A stretch of DNA of 29,190 nucleotides, from IMG/VR virus record IMGVR_UViG_3300017779_000100, positions 1 to 29,190 of that record. The stretch is one strand, 5' to 3'. The DNA comes from a virus (taxonomy: Duplodnaviria > Caudoviricetes). The notes beneath the pieces were generated by a model. That model saw nothing but the letters and a program-made list of their open reading frames with translations. It was not told the DNA's origin and searched no databases. Both the position numbers and the translations under genes were made by a program. Each line of letters begins with the position of its first letter. Position 1 is the first letter of the stretch. This document shows positions 1 through 8,515 of the stretch, one piece after another.

Positions 1-357
1 CATATTAAGAACAACTAATGCGTCATCTGGGTGTATGCCTTCTAATAATCCTATGAAAAGACTTTCTCTTTTCGGTGGACTTAACTTATCACCAGGTCCA
101 CCTTCGAAGAAGTATCTAAATTGAACGTTCTGTCTTAGAAGATTTGTAGGCGCGCTCTCAGGCCTTGATGCTCTATAAGGCGGTTTACCTGGAGGTAGAT
201 TCCACTTAAAGGCTTCATTAAATGTTCCATTTAAAATATCCTTTAAAGCCCATGATTCGTGTTGTCTTAATAACTTTATCTTTTCTTCTTTAGTCTTTGC
301 TGCCGCAACTTTATCTAATACTTCAAATACAAATAAATCTAATTGATTAACTGCCAT
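1..357 (-). CDS. Conserved T4-like phage hypothetical protein (DUF6433-like), 3' end runs off window
   Basis: Hand-translated, not in ORF track: ATG at 355-357, MAVNQLDLFVFEVLDKVAAAKTKEEKIKLLRQHESWALKDIL...WNLPPGKPPY...KRESLFIGLLEGIHPDDA; open to position 1; resembles a conserved marine T4-like protein. Confidence 0.8.
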   Translation of the reverse strand, partial: MAVNQLDLFVFEVLDKVAAAKTKEEKIKLLRQHESWALKDILNGTFNEAFKWNLPPGKPPYRASRPESAPTNLLRQNVQFRYFFEGGPGDKLSPPKRESLFIGLLEGIHPDDALVVLNM

Positions 358-359
358 AA

Positions 360-767
360 TTATTTCCTTCTTATATGCTTTGAGTGTATCTTACACCCAA
401 TAAACTCATTGTAGTAATCATCTCTCAATAAAACATCATTATCAAACTGAAGCTTTGCTTCGTAGTATGACATCTCTCCTTTAGTCTTACATAACCTTAA
501 AATTATTCTTTCAAAGAATAACTCGTCATTTGCCTCTGCGAGGAGCTGCAGCTCTTTGTTTGAGCTATAGTATGTTTTCCAATCTGACTCAACCCGAGTA
601 CGTACTCGACGAGATCTTTTAGAATTTTTAGGGAGGATCTTGGGTTTCCAAAAGTTTTTCTTACCAATATATCGCTTATTATTATACAGATCAACGATCT
701 CATAAACAAAGCCTTGATAATCTTCAGGAGTTTCTTCGAATAATTTATCATCATAAAACCATGCCAT
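360..767 (-). CDS. denA: GIY-YIG nuclease, T4 endonuclease II-like
   Basis: GFVYEI...RYIGKK motif, conserved E (SYYEAK) and YYNEF near C-terminus; 135 aa with no extra DNA-binding domain. Confidence 0.7.
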   Translation of the reverse strand: MAWFYDDKLFEETPEDYQGFVYEIVDLYNNKRYIGKKNFWKPKILPKNSKRSRRVRTRVESDWKTYYSSNKELQLLAEANDELFFERIILRLCKTKGEMSYYEAKLQFDNDVLLRDDYYNEFIGCKIHSKHIRRK

Positions 768-771
768 ATAG

Positions 772-864
772 TTATATATTAAGGGCCACCACCGTTGCCA
801 CTGCAGCTATCATGAGTTCTATGCCTACAGTATCAGCCATTACTTTAAGTAGTATTATTTCCAT
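772..864 (-). CDS. Small hydrophobic peptide (30 aa)
   Basis: Hand-translated MEIILLKVMADTVGIELMIAAVATVVALNI; ATG abuts the stop of the upstream gene. Confidence 0.4.
   Translation of the reverse strand: MEIILLKVMADTVGIELMIAAVATVVALNI
773..780 (-). promoter_or_regulatory. Variant late promoter AATATATA, 5 nt before the ATG (leaderless)
   Basis: Minus strand AATATATA-ACTAT-ATG; identical 15-mer at 8508-8522; same spacing as TATAAATA-GATCT-ATG at 20888-20903. Confidence 0.5.
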
Positions 865-1386
865 TTATTTGTAATATGTATTCTTTGGATCTGCATCTGC
901 AGTCTTATCTGGCCACCAATCCAATTCATATTTTTTACCAGTAGAAAACATCTTCCTCATACCAAGTATTCTCTTTTCATATTCTTTTTTCGAAGGCTTA
1001 ATTCTTTTAGATACAACATCTAAACAATAATTTAGTGTTGTAGCATTAGCCGTTATTGATCCGCATCTCGCTCCGACCTCACCTTTCAAGAAATCAATCA
1101 TAATACTTCCACTCGATTCCGCTAATGGTGTAGCCATTTCTTCTGGTACTTGCAAATCGATATAACAATATATGAAATCATAGTGTGGAGATGGTGAAGC
1201 ATGTAAGATATGTTCGTCCTTAATAACTATCCTTTTAAAACCATCTTTACTATACCAAATAACCTGACTATCTGTCATCTCATCGGGTTTACCAAAAGTT
1301 TTTTCTAAATGTTGTGAATACTTTACTGGCTCTTCGTTTTTCCAGTTTGTATAAGATTCTTTTAAATATTTTCTAAATGAGATCAT
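865..1386 (-). CDS. Hypothetical protein with capsid-targeting-like N-terminus (putative internal head protein)
   Basis: Starts MISFRKYLKE; SD AGGAG and TATAAATA directly upstream; FGKPDE, HxxPxPHYD and GEVGARC segments suggest a conserved domain. Confidence 0.75.
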   Translation of the reverse strand: MISFRKYLKESYTNWKNEEPVKYSQHLEKTFGKPDEMTDSQVIWYSKDGFKRIVIKDEHILHASPSPHYDFIYCYIDLQVPEEMATPLAESSGSIMIDFLKGEVGARCGSITANATTLNYCLDVVSKRIKPSKKEYEKRILGMRKMFSTGKKYELDWWPDKTADADPKNTYYK

Positions 1387-1403
1387 GGTAATACTCCTGA
1401 GGC

Positions 1404-1411
1404 TATTTATA
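1404..1411 (-). promoter_or_regulatory. T4-type late promoter TATAAATA
   Basis: Exact consensus 17 nt upstream of ORF 865..1386. Confidence 0.75.
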
Positions 1412-2141
1412 CATTATCGATATAGTAACCTAATCTTAAATCAGATAAATGTCCGTCTGCCTGATATTTAAATGATTCTGAGTGCATGTTTCCTACAAAT
1501 TGTAGATGTTCTAGATCTTTGTAATTATCGCCTTGCCAAACTGGATAAACTTTAGAACCTACGTTAAGATCCCATATGTGATCGTTACCGCTTCTTAAAT
1601 GTACTTCTATAATCTTATCATCTTTGCTTTCAATGTTTAAGTATCTTTCAGTTTCTATAGAATGTAACCAATCTGGTAATTCAAACTGTGGTTCTATTAC
1701 TTCCCAATGTTTGAATTTTACAAGATTGTCTTCACCATGATGATAACCTACCATTGCGCTAAAAGGAACCCATTGGCCATCTTGTTTCATAAAATCAATA
1801 CTATGATGTATTCCATCAATCCATTCACACCAAAAATATCCAGGAGGAATATGTCTGTGATGTATCATATCACTACCATGTTTATCAGGATCTAAGTATT
1901 TTTTATGAGCACCTATTCCCATACCATATAAATTATATGTTGGTCGTATTATGTAGTTGCCAGCTTTTGTTATAGGAACACCAGCCGGACCACACTCATA
2001 TCCGAGTTTCATAGAAACTTCAAGCTTATTAAACAACCATCTGTATTGTGGATAAGCATCCCAACATTGAAAATCTTCTTCTGACTTGTACTCTTTATGC
2101 CAAGAAGAATCAAACTCCATAAAAATATCAGTCGTAGTCAT
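1407..2141 (-). CDS. ATP-grasp-like protein (tentative)
   Basis: YIIRPxxxxxGMGxG, WCEWIDG, HHSIDF and IIEVHLR match the order of ATP-grasp motifs (vvKP-GxG, vQEyi, vlEvNxR). Confidence 0.55.
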   Translation of the reverse strand: MTTTDIFMEFDSSWHKEYKSEEDFQCWDAYPQYRWLFNKLEVSMKLGYECGPAGVPITKAGNYIIRPTYNLYGMGIGAHKKYLDPDKHGSDMIHHRHIPPGYFWCEWIDGIHHSIDFMKQDGQWVPFSAMVGYHHGEDNLVKFKHWEVIEPQFELPDWLHSIETERYLNIESKDDKIIEVHLRSGNDHIWDLNVGSKVYPVWQGDNYKDLEHLQFVGNMHSESFKYQADGHLSDLRLGYYIDNV

Positions 2142-2280
2142 CGTGTCCTAAATCATCATCATGCATTTTACTTTCGGCTTCACTTCTTCTTCCGCACATT
2201 GGACAATATTCTGGAATAGAATCAGCAGTTATTGTTGTGTGTTCTCCACACTCAAAACATTCTATAAAATATTCATCCAT
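2128..2280 (-). CDS. Small zinc-ribbon protein with acidic tail (50 aa)
   Basis: Hand-translated MDEYFIECFECGEHTTITADSIPEYCPMCGRRSEAESKMHDDDLGHDDYD; CxxC...CxxC; overlaps both neighbours. Confidence 0.75.
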   Translation of the reverse strand: MDEYFIECFECGEHTTITADSIPEYCPMCGRRSEAESKMHDDDLGHDDYD

Positions 2281-2515
2281 TAGTGAATTCCGCGATTCGT
2301 TCTTCTAACTGCTGATAACCACCAATGTACTCTTCAGTAAATATTGCTGGAACCGTACGTATGTTTGGGAACTTATTGCGGAATTCTTCCCTATCAATAT
2401 CTTGTCCTATAACTACTTCATTATAGTCAATGCCATGATGTCCTAACAATGTTTTAGCCATAAGACAATAACCACATGGAGGTTCATTACGAGTGTACAC
2501 TGTAAGTTTTTTCAT
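2273..2515 (-). CDS. nrdC: Glutaredoxin (T4 NrdC-like)
   Basis: CGYC active site, TVPAIF cis-Pro motif, YIGGY; downstream of the reductase. Confidence 0.92.
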   Translation of the reverse strand: MKKLTVYTRNEPPCGYCLMAKTLLGHHGIDYNEVVIGQDIDREEFRNKFPNIRTVPAIFTEEYIGGYQQLEERIAEFTNG

Positions 2516-2985
2516 TAGATTTCTTTAAGTAGTTTCTTAAATTTCTTCTTACTCTTGCCACGCATTTTCATTTTCTTTATAGCATCAATATTAGAAGTAT
2601 CATCACCTACGACAACAAGTGCAATCATACCCATAGTGGCATGAGGTGTGCACTGGTACAAATAAACACCTGGAACATCAAATGTTATGGCGACTTCTGC
2701 ATTGTTTTTACTTTTCTTTGGAATATCCCAACCATCTGGTCCTGCAATGAACTGTACATTGTGACCCTTTGATTTTGGTAACCAGGTAATGGTATCGCCT
2801 ACATCAATGCGAGAGATGCTTTCGCTGTATACCATTTTTTCTTTACCAAGTTTATTTAACATTTCAACGGTAATATCATCAGCTTTAGCAGCCATGATAA
2901 ACATTGGAGTGGCCATTATCAGACCAATAAGTGCTCCAACTATTCTCCATTTCCATGCGAACAATGTGTTGTCAAATTTTGTCAT
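2515..2985 (-). CDS. paz: Pseudoazurin (type 1 blue copper protein) with signal peptide
   Basis: GHNV His ligand and YLYQCTPHATMGM (Cys, His, Met ligands); mature start after AAKA followed by ITVEMLNK; C-terminal helices typical of pseudoazurin. Confidence 0.9.
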   Translation of the reverse strand: MTKFDNTLFAWKWRIVGALIGLIMATPMFIMAAKADDITVEMLNKLGKEKMVYSESISRIDVGDTITWLPKSKGHNVQFIAGPDGWDIPKKSKNNAEVAITFDVPGVYLYQCTPHATMGMIALVVVGDDTSNIDAIKKMKMRGKSKKKFKKLLKEI

Positions 2986-2999
2986 TTATTTTCCTTCTT

Positions 3000-4928
3000 T
3001 TATATTTCACAACCGCCTGCAGTGCAGGCAAGTTCTTGCGCGCCAATTGTCATATCTTGAGTTTCATATTGGGCGAGTTGAGACCAATCAATGTCTTTTG
3101 GCATTTTATTTAACAGATCTTTATATTGATCTTCGCTACAATCTTGATATGGTGCTTGTCTATATGTATGATCACTAAACGGAAGAAATGATACACCAGA
3201 CATCCAATCAAAATGCTTATAGACCCAAGAACCTACTTCCATCCATTCAGATTCTTTAACCGATATTGTCACTGAAGGTTTATGTTCGCACCAATGTTTT
3301 TGATACATCAACCAATGCTCGAGCTGTTCTATAGCTGACATATCTGTTCTAAATATAGCTTTCTTATCAACCTTCATAGGAAATGAAAATACTGCTGTAT
3401 GATTTGGATTCATAACATCATCTTCAATTGGAAAACCTGCAGTTTCCATATACATTGTAAGTGGATCTTTCTTATCACCACGTACAGTTCTGATATAATA
3501 TGGATTATGTCTTGCGTGAATACCTGAAGCAGCATCTGTTAATTGTGACACTGTTCCGCTTGGCTTGACGCATGTGATAGCAGCAGATTCAGGAATACCT
3601 ATTTCTCTTGAAAGTACATAGTTTGTATCCACTGCTTTTTGCTTAAGTTCTTTTAAAAGATTTTCAAGATCTTTATTCTTTGGACTTGTTAGCGGTGAAT
3701 CCATAATACCAGTTAATGATACACCCAATAGTCTTTCTTCTTCACAATTATTCTTCCAATGTTTTGATACATATTTAAAGTTTGTGAGTGTAGATTGCAT
3801 GGTTCCGAGTATGGTTGCTAATTCTACTTTTTCTAATAATGATTGTTTTGTGTCATTCGCTCTGATGACTACTTCAGATAGGTTACAAAATTCTCTATCT
3901 CTTAGGATAATCTCTGAACATGGATTGGTACCATAATCGTATCCTTCTGTTTTTCTTCTACCGTTTCTTTTTGCTTGTTCTGTTGCAGAAGCTCTATTAA
4001 ATATTCCTCTTTCTCCCGATTTCGAATCGTATAACGACTTCCATTCGTCCATAAAAATGCCAATATCTGGTTTTTCCGAATAGGCTGCCGAATTATTTGC
4101 GAGAGCTCTTTGACCGTTATGCTCCCACCACTGACCAGCTTTTGCATGTCTCATACGATCATCTGATAAGTTCGATAACGATATCAACGCTGATCTTCTT
4201 ACACCACCTACAACTACAATTGCAGCAATCTTACACACGATATCATGGCACTCTATAGATGATAGTTTTCTACCAGGTGCATTTCTCATTGTTTCTACTA
4301 CAAACTTAAATAAACTATCGAGCGGTTCTGGCCCAGAAGCTCTTCCACCGAAAGTTTTTAATGGTTCACCTGCAGGTCTTACTTTAGATAAATCCCAACG
4401 CGGGATTTGACCTGAATATAACATAGCTACAAGTTCTTTAAGACCTTTAGCCCAACCTAACTTTGAATCTGCAACTTGGATAACTGTGTCTGTTTCAAAG
4501 AACTCTTCAGCAACTACTGGAAGCTGTGATACTTCTTGTCGTTCTACTGAGAAACCTACACCAGTTCCATTCATCAACACATATAATATTTCGTCGAAAG
4601 CTTGTACTCTGTTAACAGCTACATATGAGCAGTTATATCCTGCAATGTTCTCTCTTTTAAGAGCTTCTCCTGCAGTCATCAGACATCTCATTGATGGCAT
4701 GATTTGACAATCTAATACTGCTTCTTCTAATCTTGTTCTTAATTTTGGATCTAATTTCCATTTATGCATCTCCATAAGATGCTCTTCAAAATAATTAAAA
4801 TATCTTTCAATAGTCTCGCTCCAAGTTTCTCTTCTGCCTTTATCTGGTAGCCATCTTGAGTACCTTGACAGGTGGATAAATTCTTGATATGGGGTTGGTA
4901 AATGATTGTTACGACTAACTGATGGCAT
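3000..4928 (-). CDS. nrdJ: Class II (adenosylcobalamin-dependent) ribonucleotide reductase
   Basis: AGYNCSY, VVGGVRRSA, TNPCSEI, TCVKPSGT, WCEHKPSVT, C-terminal CTAGGCEI; no beta-subunit gene follows; SD AGAGG. Confidence 0.92.
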   Translation of the reverse strand: MPSVSRNNHLPTPYQEFIHLSRYSRWLPDKGRRETWSETIERYFNYFEEHLMEMHKWKLDPKLRTRLEEAVLDCQIMPSMRCLMTAGEALKRENIAGYNCSYVAVNRVQAFDEILYVLMNGTGVGFSVERQEVSQLPVVAEEFFETDTVIQVADSKLGWAKGLKELVAMLYSGQIPRWDLSKVRPAGEPLKTFGGRASGPEPLDSLFKFVVETMRNAPGRKLSSIECHDIVCKIAAIVVVGGVRRSALISLSNLSDDRMRHAKAGQWWEHNGQRALANNSAAYSEKPDIGIFMDEWKSLYDSKSGERGIFNRASATEQAKRNGRRKTEGYDYGTNPCSEIILRDREFCNLSEVVIRANDTKQSLLEKVELATILGTMQSTLTNFKYVSKHWKNNCEEERLLGVSLTGIMDSPLTSPKNKDLENLLKELKQKAVDTNYVLSREIGIPESAAITCVKPSGTVSQLTDAASGIHARHNPYYIRTVRGDKKDPLTMYMETAGFPIEDDVMNPNHTAVFSFPMKVDKKAIFRTDMSAIEQLEHWLMYQKHWCEHKPSVTISVKESEWMEVGSWVYKHFDWMSGVSFLPFSDHTYRQAPYQDCSEDQYKDLLNKMPKDIDWSQLAQYETQDMTIGAQELACTAGGCEI

Positions 4929-5032
4929 TAGTTACCTCTTACGATAATGGGTTGATTTTCTATTGGTGATATCTAATATGTATACATATATGATATACTA
5001 GATGAAGCTTATGTGCGAAAAAAATATATTTT

Positions 5033-5245
5033 TTAGAAATATTTTTTCAACATCTCGATTTGGTCATCGTATCTAGCAACAACATCGAGTTCTTGTTCTA
5101 TAGCTTCGAGTATGTCCGGATGCTTTTGACCACCGATACCTGCAGCGTTTCTAAAGTACACCATTACATTCATTTTATGTTTATCGATATGACCTTTTGC
5201 ATGTGATATCATGGCTTCTTTTATATCTTCACCTATTTTTGCCAT
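5033..5245 (-). CDS. Conserved marine phage hypothetical protein
   Basis: ORF track 5033..5266; start at MAKIGED (5245) is more likely; KHKMNVxVY...GIG...HPDILEAIE pattern is familiar from marine T4-like phages. Confidence 0.75.
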   Translation of the reverse strand: MAKIGEDIKEAMISHAKGHIDKHKMNVMVYFRNAAGIGGQKHPDILEAIEQELDVVARYDDQIEMLKKYF

Positions 5246-5531
5246 TTTTATTATTCGCCTTTTCAAGTTGTTGTATTCTAAATTCTAAATTATCTATCTT
5301 CTTTGTAATGTGGGGATATTTGTCTCTCCAATCGCTGTATGGTTTTTCTAACCATTTCCAATTAAACTTCTTAACTAGATAGTCCAAAAAATTATTAAAC
5401 TTATCATAAGCCCATAGACCCATCCTTGTTGTTTGGAACCATGCTAAGAACGCAGCACCAAATAATGATCCTACAATAGCAGTATAAATCCAAAGGCGAT
5501 CAGACGCCATTTTTTCTATCATTTCCCACAT
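5229..5531 (-). CDS. Single-pass membrane protein with C-terminal coiled coil
   Basis: Hydrophobic LWIYTAIVGSLFGAAFLAWF; directly downstream of a promoter. Confidence 0.75.
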   Translation of the reverse strand: MWEMIEKMASDRLWIYTAIVGSLFGAAFLAWFQTTRMGLWAYDKFNNFLDYLVKKFNWKWLEKPYSDWRDKYPHITKKIDNLEFRIQQLEKANNKNGKNR

Positions 5532-5539
5532 ACTAGTAT

Positions 5540-5568
5540 ATTATACCAAATTTTGTTGATAATGTAAA
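5540..5568 (-). promoter_or_regulatory. Sigma70-type early promoter (G)TTTACA-N17-TATAAT with extended -10 TG
   Basis: -35 at 5563-5568, -10 at 5540-5545; near-identical copy at 23511-23539; GTTTAC matches the T4 early -35. Confidence 0.8.
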
Positions 5569-5571
5569 CAT

Positions 5572-6342
5572 TTAATTTACATGTTTCATTAAATTATCTG
5601 CATAGCCTTCTGTAATATTATGGTCGTATACACCATCAAAGAGCTGAAATTTAGTTAAAGCTTTACATCTACCTCGTATAGAATCTTTAAACTTTTGCCA
5701 GAATGTCAGTGCTCTAATATTTCCGTAATAGTTTATGTAATGCAATTCTCCATGATGTCTAAATCCCATCATCCAGAGCGGTACTGTTGGAACTATATCA
5801 TTATTATTTCGATAACGATGGTGTTCTACATCACAGCTATCTACAAACATTGAACTTCCAACTCTCGGAGATCCATACGTATATAAAATTGGTACAGAAT
5901 CTCTTAGACGATATGCACAAAGTGTTGCCATAGCTCCACCTAAACTATGTCCACAAACCCATATTTGATGATCAGGTTTATCATCTAATTCGTCTGTAAT
6001 ATAATCCCATAGCTTATTGATTTCTCTTAAAAAACCAAGATGTACTCTTCCTTCGCTACTTGATTTTCTTTTCAAAGCTAGTAAATCTGCTTTCACATCA
6101 GACCATTGTTTTGGTTCTGTTCCTCTGAAAGCTACAACTATATCATTGTCATCATAGAATATATGACATTGAGCTCCATCAACATCTAAAAACTTATGAT
6201 CATCAAACCCTAAAGCTTTTATATGTGGATTTGCCTGTTCCCAGTCTAAATATGCTAATGCTGATACTTCGGCAAAAAAGTAACCGCAAAAAGATTCATC
6301 ATCGAAATCTATTTTTTCGCATCGTTCAAACCATTTCCTCAT
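5572..6342 (-). CDS. Class 3 lipase (alpha/beta hydrolase)
   Basis: IVVAFRGT, VHLGF, GHSLGGA nucleophile elbow, YTYGSPRVG, NNNDIVPTVP, late DH; complete Ser-Asp-His triad pattern. Confidence 0.92.
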   Translation of the reverse strand: MRKWFERCEKIDFDDESFCGYFFAEVSALAYLDWEQANPHIKALGFDDHKFLDVDGAQCHIFYDDNDIVVAFRGTEPKQWSDVKADLLALKRKSSSEGRVHLGFLREINKLWDYITDELDDKPDHQIWVCGHSLGGAMATLCAYRLRDSVPILYTYGSPRVGSSMFVDSCDVEHHRYRNNNDIVPTVPLWMMGFRHHGELHYINYYGNIRALTFWQKFKDSIRGRCKALTKFQLFDGVYDHNITEGYADNLMKHVN

Positions 6343-6746
6343 TCTAGTGTCTCCTCTACTATGATATTATCGGGTTCTTTTTTCACCGCTTTTTCATAGT
6401 AAAGGATAATCTGATTTTGTGTTTCTATAAACTGTTTGATTTGTTCAAAGTTTAACGCTAATGATTCGAAACTTTGCGCAGTCATAGCATATAACACAAA
6501 TTCACCTTGTGTATTTTTTACTCTATTTATAACTTCTTCTAAGTTATCCTCAGTCACCACGATAATATCTGAGTTCTTCATCTTGATTGGTGAAGGACGA
6601 GATACAATCCTGATCTGAGGTAGTTCTATCTTCGGTGTTTCAACAACAGTTGGTACCGTTATGATTTCTTTTTCACTGCTGCGGCTGCACGCAGTTACTA
6701 TCAGAGGCGCAATCAATAGCGCCAAAAAATAGATCGACTTCTTCAT
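6339..6746 (-). CDS. Outer-membrane lipoprotein, putative o-spanin
   Basis: Lipoprotein signal MKKSIYFLALLIAPLIVTAC; Pro-rich segment then a helix; overlaps 3' end of the upstream gene in another frame. Confidence 0.75.
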   Translation of the reverse strand: MKKSIYFLALLIAPLIVTACSRSSEKEIITVPTVVETPKIELPQIRIVSRPSPIKMKNSDIIVVTEDNLEEVINRVKNTQGEFVLYAMTAQSFESLALNFEQIKQFIETQNQIILYYEKAVKKEPDNIIVEETLE

Positions 6747-7104
6747 TTATAGTATCCTCTGTTGCTTGTGGATCTGCAAGACTATTCTTAATTATATCGT
6801 TTTCTGCCAACAACTGCGTTATTACTTTATTATTAGCTTTTACTTCTTTTAAGTTATTATTTAACTCGTCGTTTAACTTTTGTTGTTTCTCAAGTTCTTT
6901 CTTAAATTTATCTATCTCTTCTTTTACGTTAACACGATACTGCTCAAACTCAACAACAGTTTGTTTATGAGCTGTCTCTAACTTTGCGTTATTTGCTGTA
7001 AGGATTGCTATACGCTCTTGAGTAGATGCGTAGTATTGATAGACTAAGTAACCAACTCCACTTAACACACATAACAATAATAATATAGGATATAGTCTAG
7101 CCAC
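6673..7104 (-). CDS. Putative i-spanin
   Basis: N-terminal TM helix, long coiled coil, two C-terminal Cys; 74-nt overlap with the lipoprotein gene. Confidence 0.75.
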   Translation of the reverse strand: MARLYPILLLLCVLSGVGYLVYQYYASTQERIAILTANNAKLETAHKQTVVEFEQYRVNVKEEIDKFKKELEKQQKLNDELNNNLKEVKANNKVITQLLAENDIIKNSLADPQATEDTINEEVDLFFGAIDCASDSNCVQPQQ

Positions 7105-7561
7105 TGTTATCTGTCATATATTTTCTAAATCTTGCTAACAAAACAGGAGATTTCCTTTTATTAAAACGATTATCAGTCATTTTAATTTCCATTCCCTTTT
7201 TTCGTCTGTAGATATGTGTTGGCATTCTACCCATTGCTGTCACAGCAGGATTTGGTATGGATGCAGTAGTTGTTGCAGAAGCCATGTCTTCTTTAGGTAC
7301 ACAGTTTGGAACCATTCTATTTCCTTTTTTCTTCATACCAACCTGTTTGTGCGTATCCCAACAAGGACCTTTAGCTTCTACGATCTCATCAACCTTTGCA
7401 TGAGTTAACCACACTCTGCCGTCAGTCTTTTGATTAAGTTCTAACATCTCATCTTTTGTGCCAGTAGCTACGACTTTTCTTCCAGCCACTAACGCGTAGT
7501 GTGGATTCTTTCCACCAGTTAGGGCATCTTGACCAACTTTTATTGTTCTGATCTTTGTCAT
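7097..7561 (-). CDS. Modular hypothetical protein, probably virion-associated
   Basis: Contains the CWxxxxQVGMKKKGxRMVPNCVP module familiar from T4-like phage proteins, flanked by IVE and KE. Confidence 0.75.
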   Translation of the reverse strand: MTKIRTIKVGQDALTGGKNPHYALVAGRKVVATGTKDEMLELNQKTDGRVWLTHAKVDEIVEAKGPCWDTHKQVGMKKKGNRMVPNCVPKEDMASATTTASIPNPAVTAMGRMPTHIYRRKKGMEIKMTDNRFNKRKSPVLLARFRKYMTDNSG

Positions 7562-8145
7562 TTATAGATTTCTCTGTTAGTAATGTATATTGGTTGGTTA
7601 GTTCTCAAATGTGTAGCAGGATACACATCAATTCCAAATAATTTACCAACTGGTCGTGTGTCTTCTTTAATTCTTATCTTATCCTTTGGAAATACCATTT
7701 CCTCTAAACTACTATTTAAAAGTTTGTACTCTTCTACTTGATAAACACCTGGTGATATAGTACCATCATCTCTCATAAACCATTGATTTTCTTCTGATAA
7801 AAAATCTAAGTCATCAATGTTAACACTCTCAAGTATCTTTTGAATATCTTTATCTTTTAATTTGCCATTCTCTTTAATAAGATACAAAGCAGAGACAAAT
7901 CCTCCAAGTCTTGACCCTCCTCCAGGTATCTTTGATACAAGTCTTTTTATGTTAGCACATAGACGAATAAACGGTGTCCATGCATTTTTTTTAGCTTGTG
8001 TATCAATCTTTACGGATTTGATACGTTTACCATTATCGTCGATAATACCTTCTTTATACGCGTCCCATTCTGGCCACTTTAGCACAAGCATCTTGATAAA
8101 TCTAAACGTGTAGACTAAATCACCTGCTGTCTTTAATAAGCTCAT
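7558..8145 (-). CDS. Conserved T4-like phage hypothetical protein
   Basis: DLVYTFRFIKML...WDAYKEGIIDxxG pattern; ATGA-coupled to neighbours. Confidence 0.8.
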   Translation of the reverse strand: MSLLKTAGDLVYTFRFIKMLVLKWPEWDAYKEGIIDDNGKRIKSVKIDTQAKKNAWTPFIRLCANIKRLVSKIPGGGSRLGGFVSALYLIKENGKLKDKDIQKILESVNIDDLDFLSEENQWFMRDDGTISPGVYQVEEYKLLNSSLEEMVFPKDKIRIKEDTRPVGKLFGIDVYPATHLRTNQPIYITNREIYK

Positions 8146-8510
8146 ATCTTTCTCAACCTATCTACCACTGTTGGATCCATCGTTATGCCTGTCTTTTTAT
8201 CCATCGTAATATAGTTTAAGTATATTAAGAATGGCTTTACAACTGGCCAGTGTTTATCGTCTAGCTTCAAGTCAAGTATGTTTAAAGCAGGTTCATTTCC
8301 AAATGAATTGAATAATACTATAATGTGGTTTAGTATCAATCGTTCCATTAATTCATCATGATCTAAGTATCTATTAACTAATCGTTTGATATACTTAAAT
8401 CGCTTTAAATCTTCATAAAACTCTTCAACATCTGAGAACTGTGGTTTGTAGTAATACTTTGCAGCATACAATAGCACATTCTTCTCGGTTAACTCATCAA
8501 AAATCATCAT
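8142..8510 (-). CDS. Conserved T4-like phage hypothetical protein
   Basis: EEFYEDLKRFKYIKRL...ERLILNHII pattern familiar from marine T4-like phages. Confidence 0.8.
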   Translation of the reverse strand: MMIFDELTEKNVLLYAAKYYYKPQFSDVEEFYEDLKRFKYIKRLVNRYLDHDELMERLILNHIIVLFNSFGNEPALNILDLKLDDKHWPVVKPFLIYLNYITMDKKTGITMDPTVVDRLRKI

Positions 8511-8515
8511 ATAGT

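Noticed and set aside
360-767. Mobile Seg-type homing endonuclease
   Set aside because: Lacks C-terminal DNA-binding repeats; size and context fit endonuclease II
3000-4928. Class I nrdA, or an intein/intron in the reductase
   Set aside because: Motifs and size fit class II; no nrdB follows; ORF is continuous with no insertion evident
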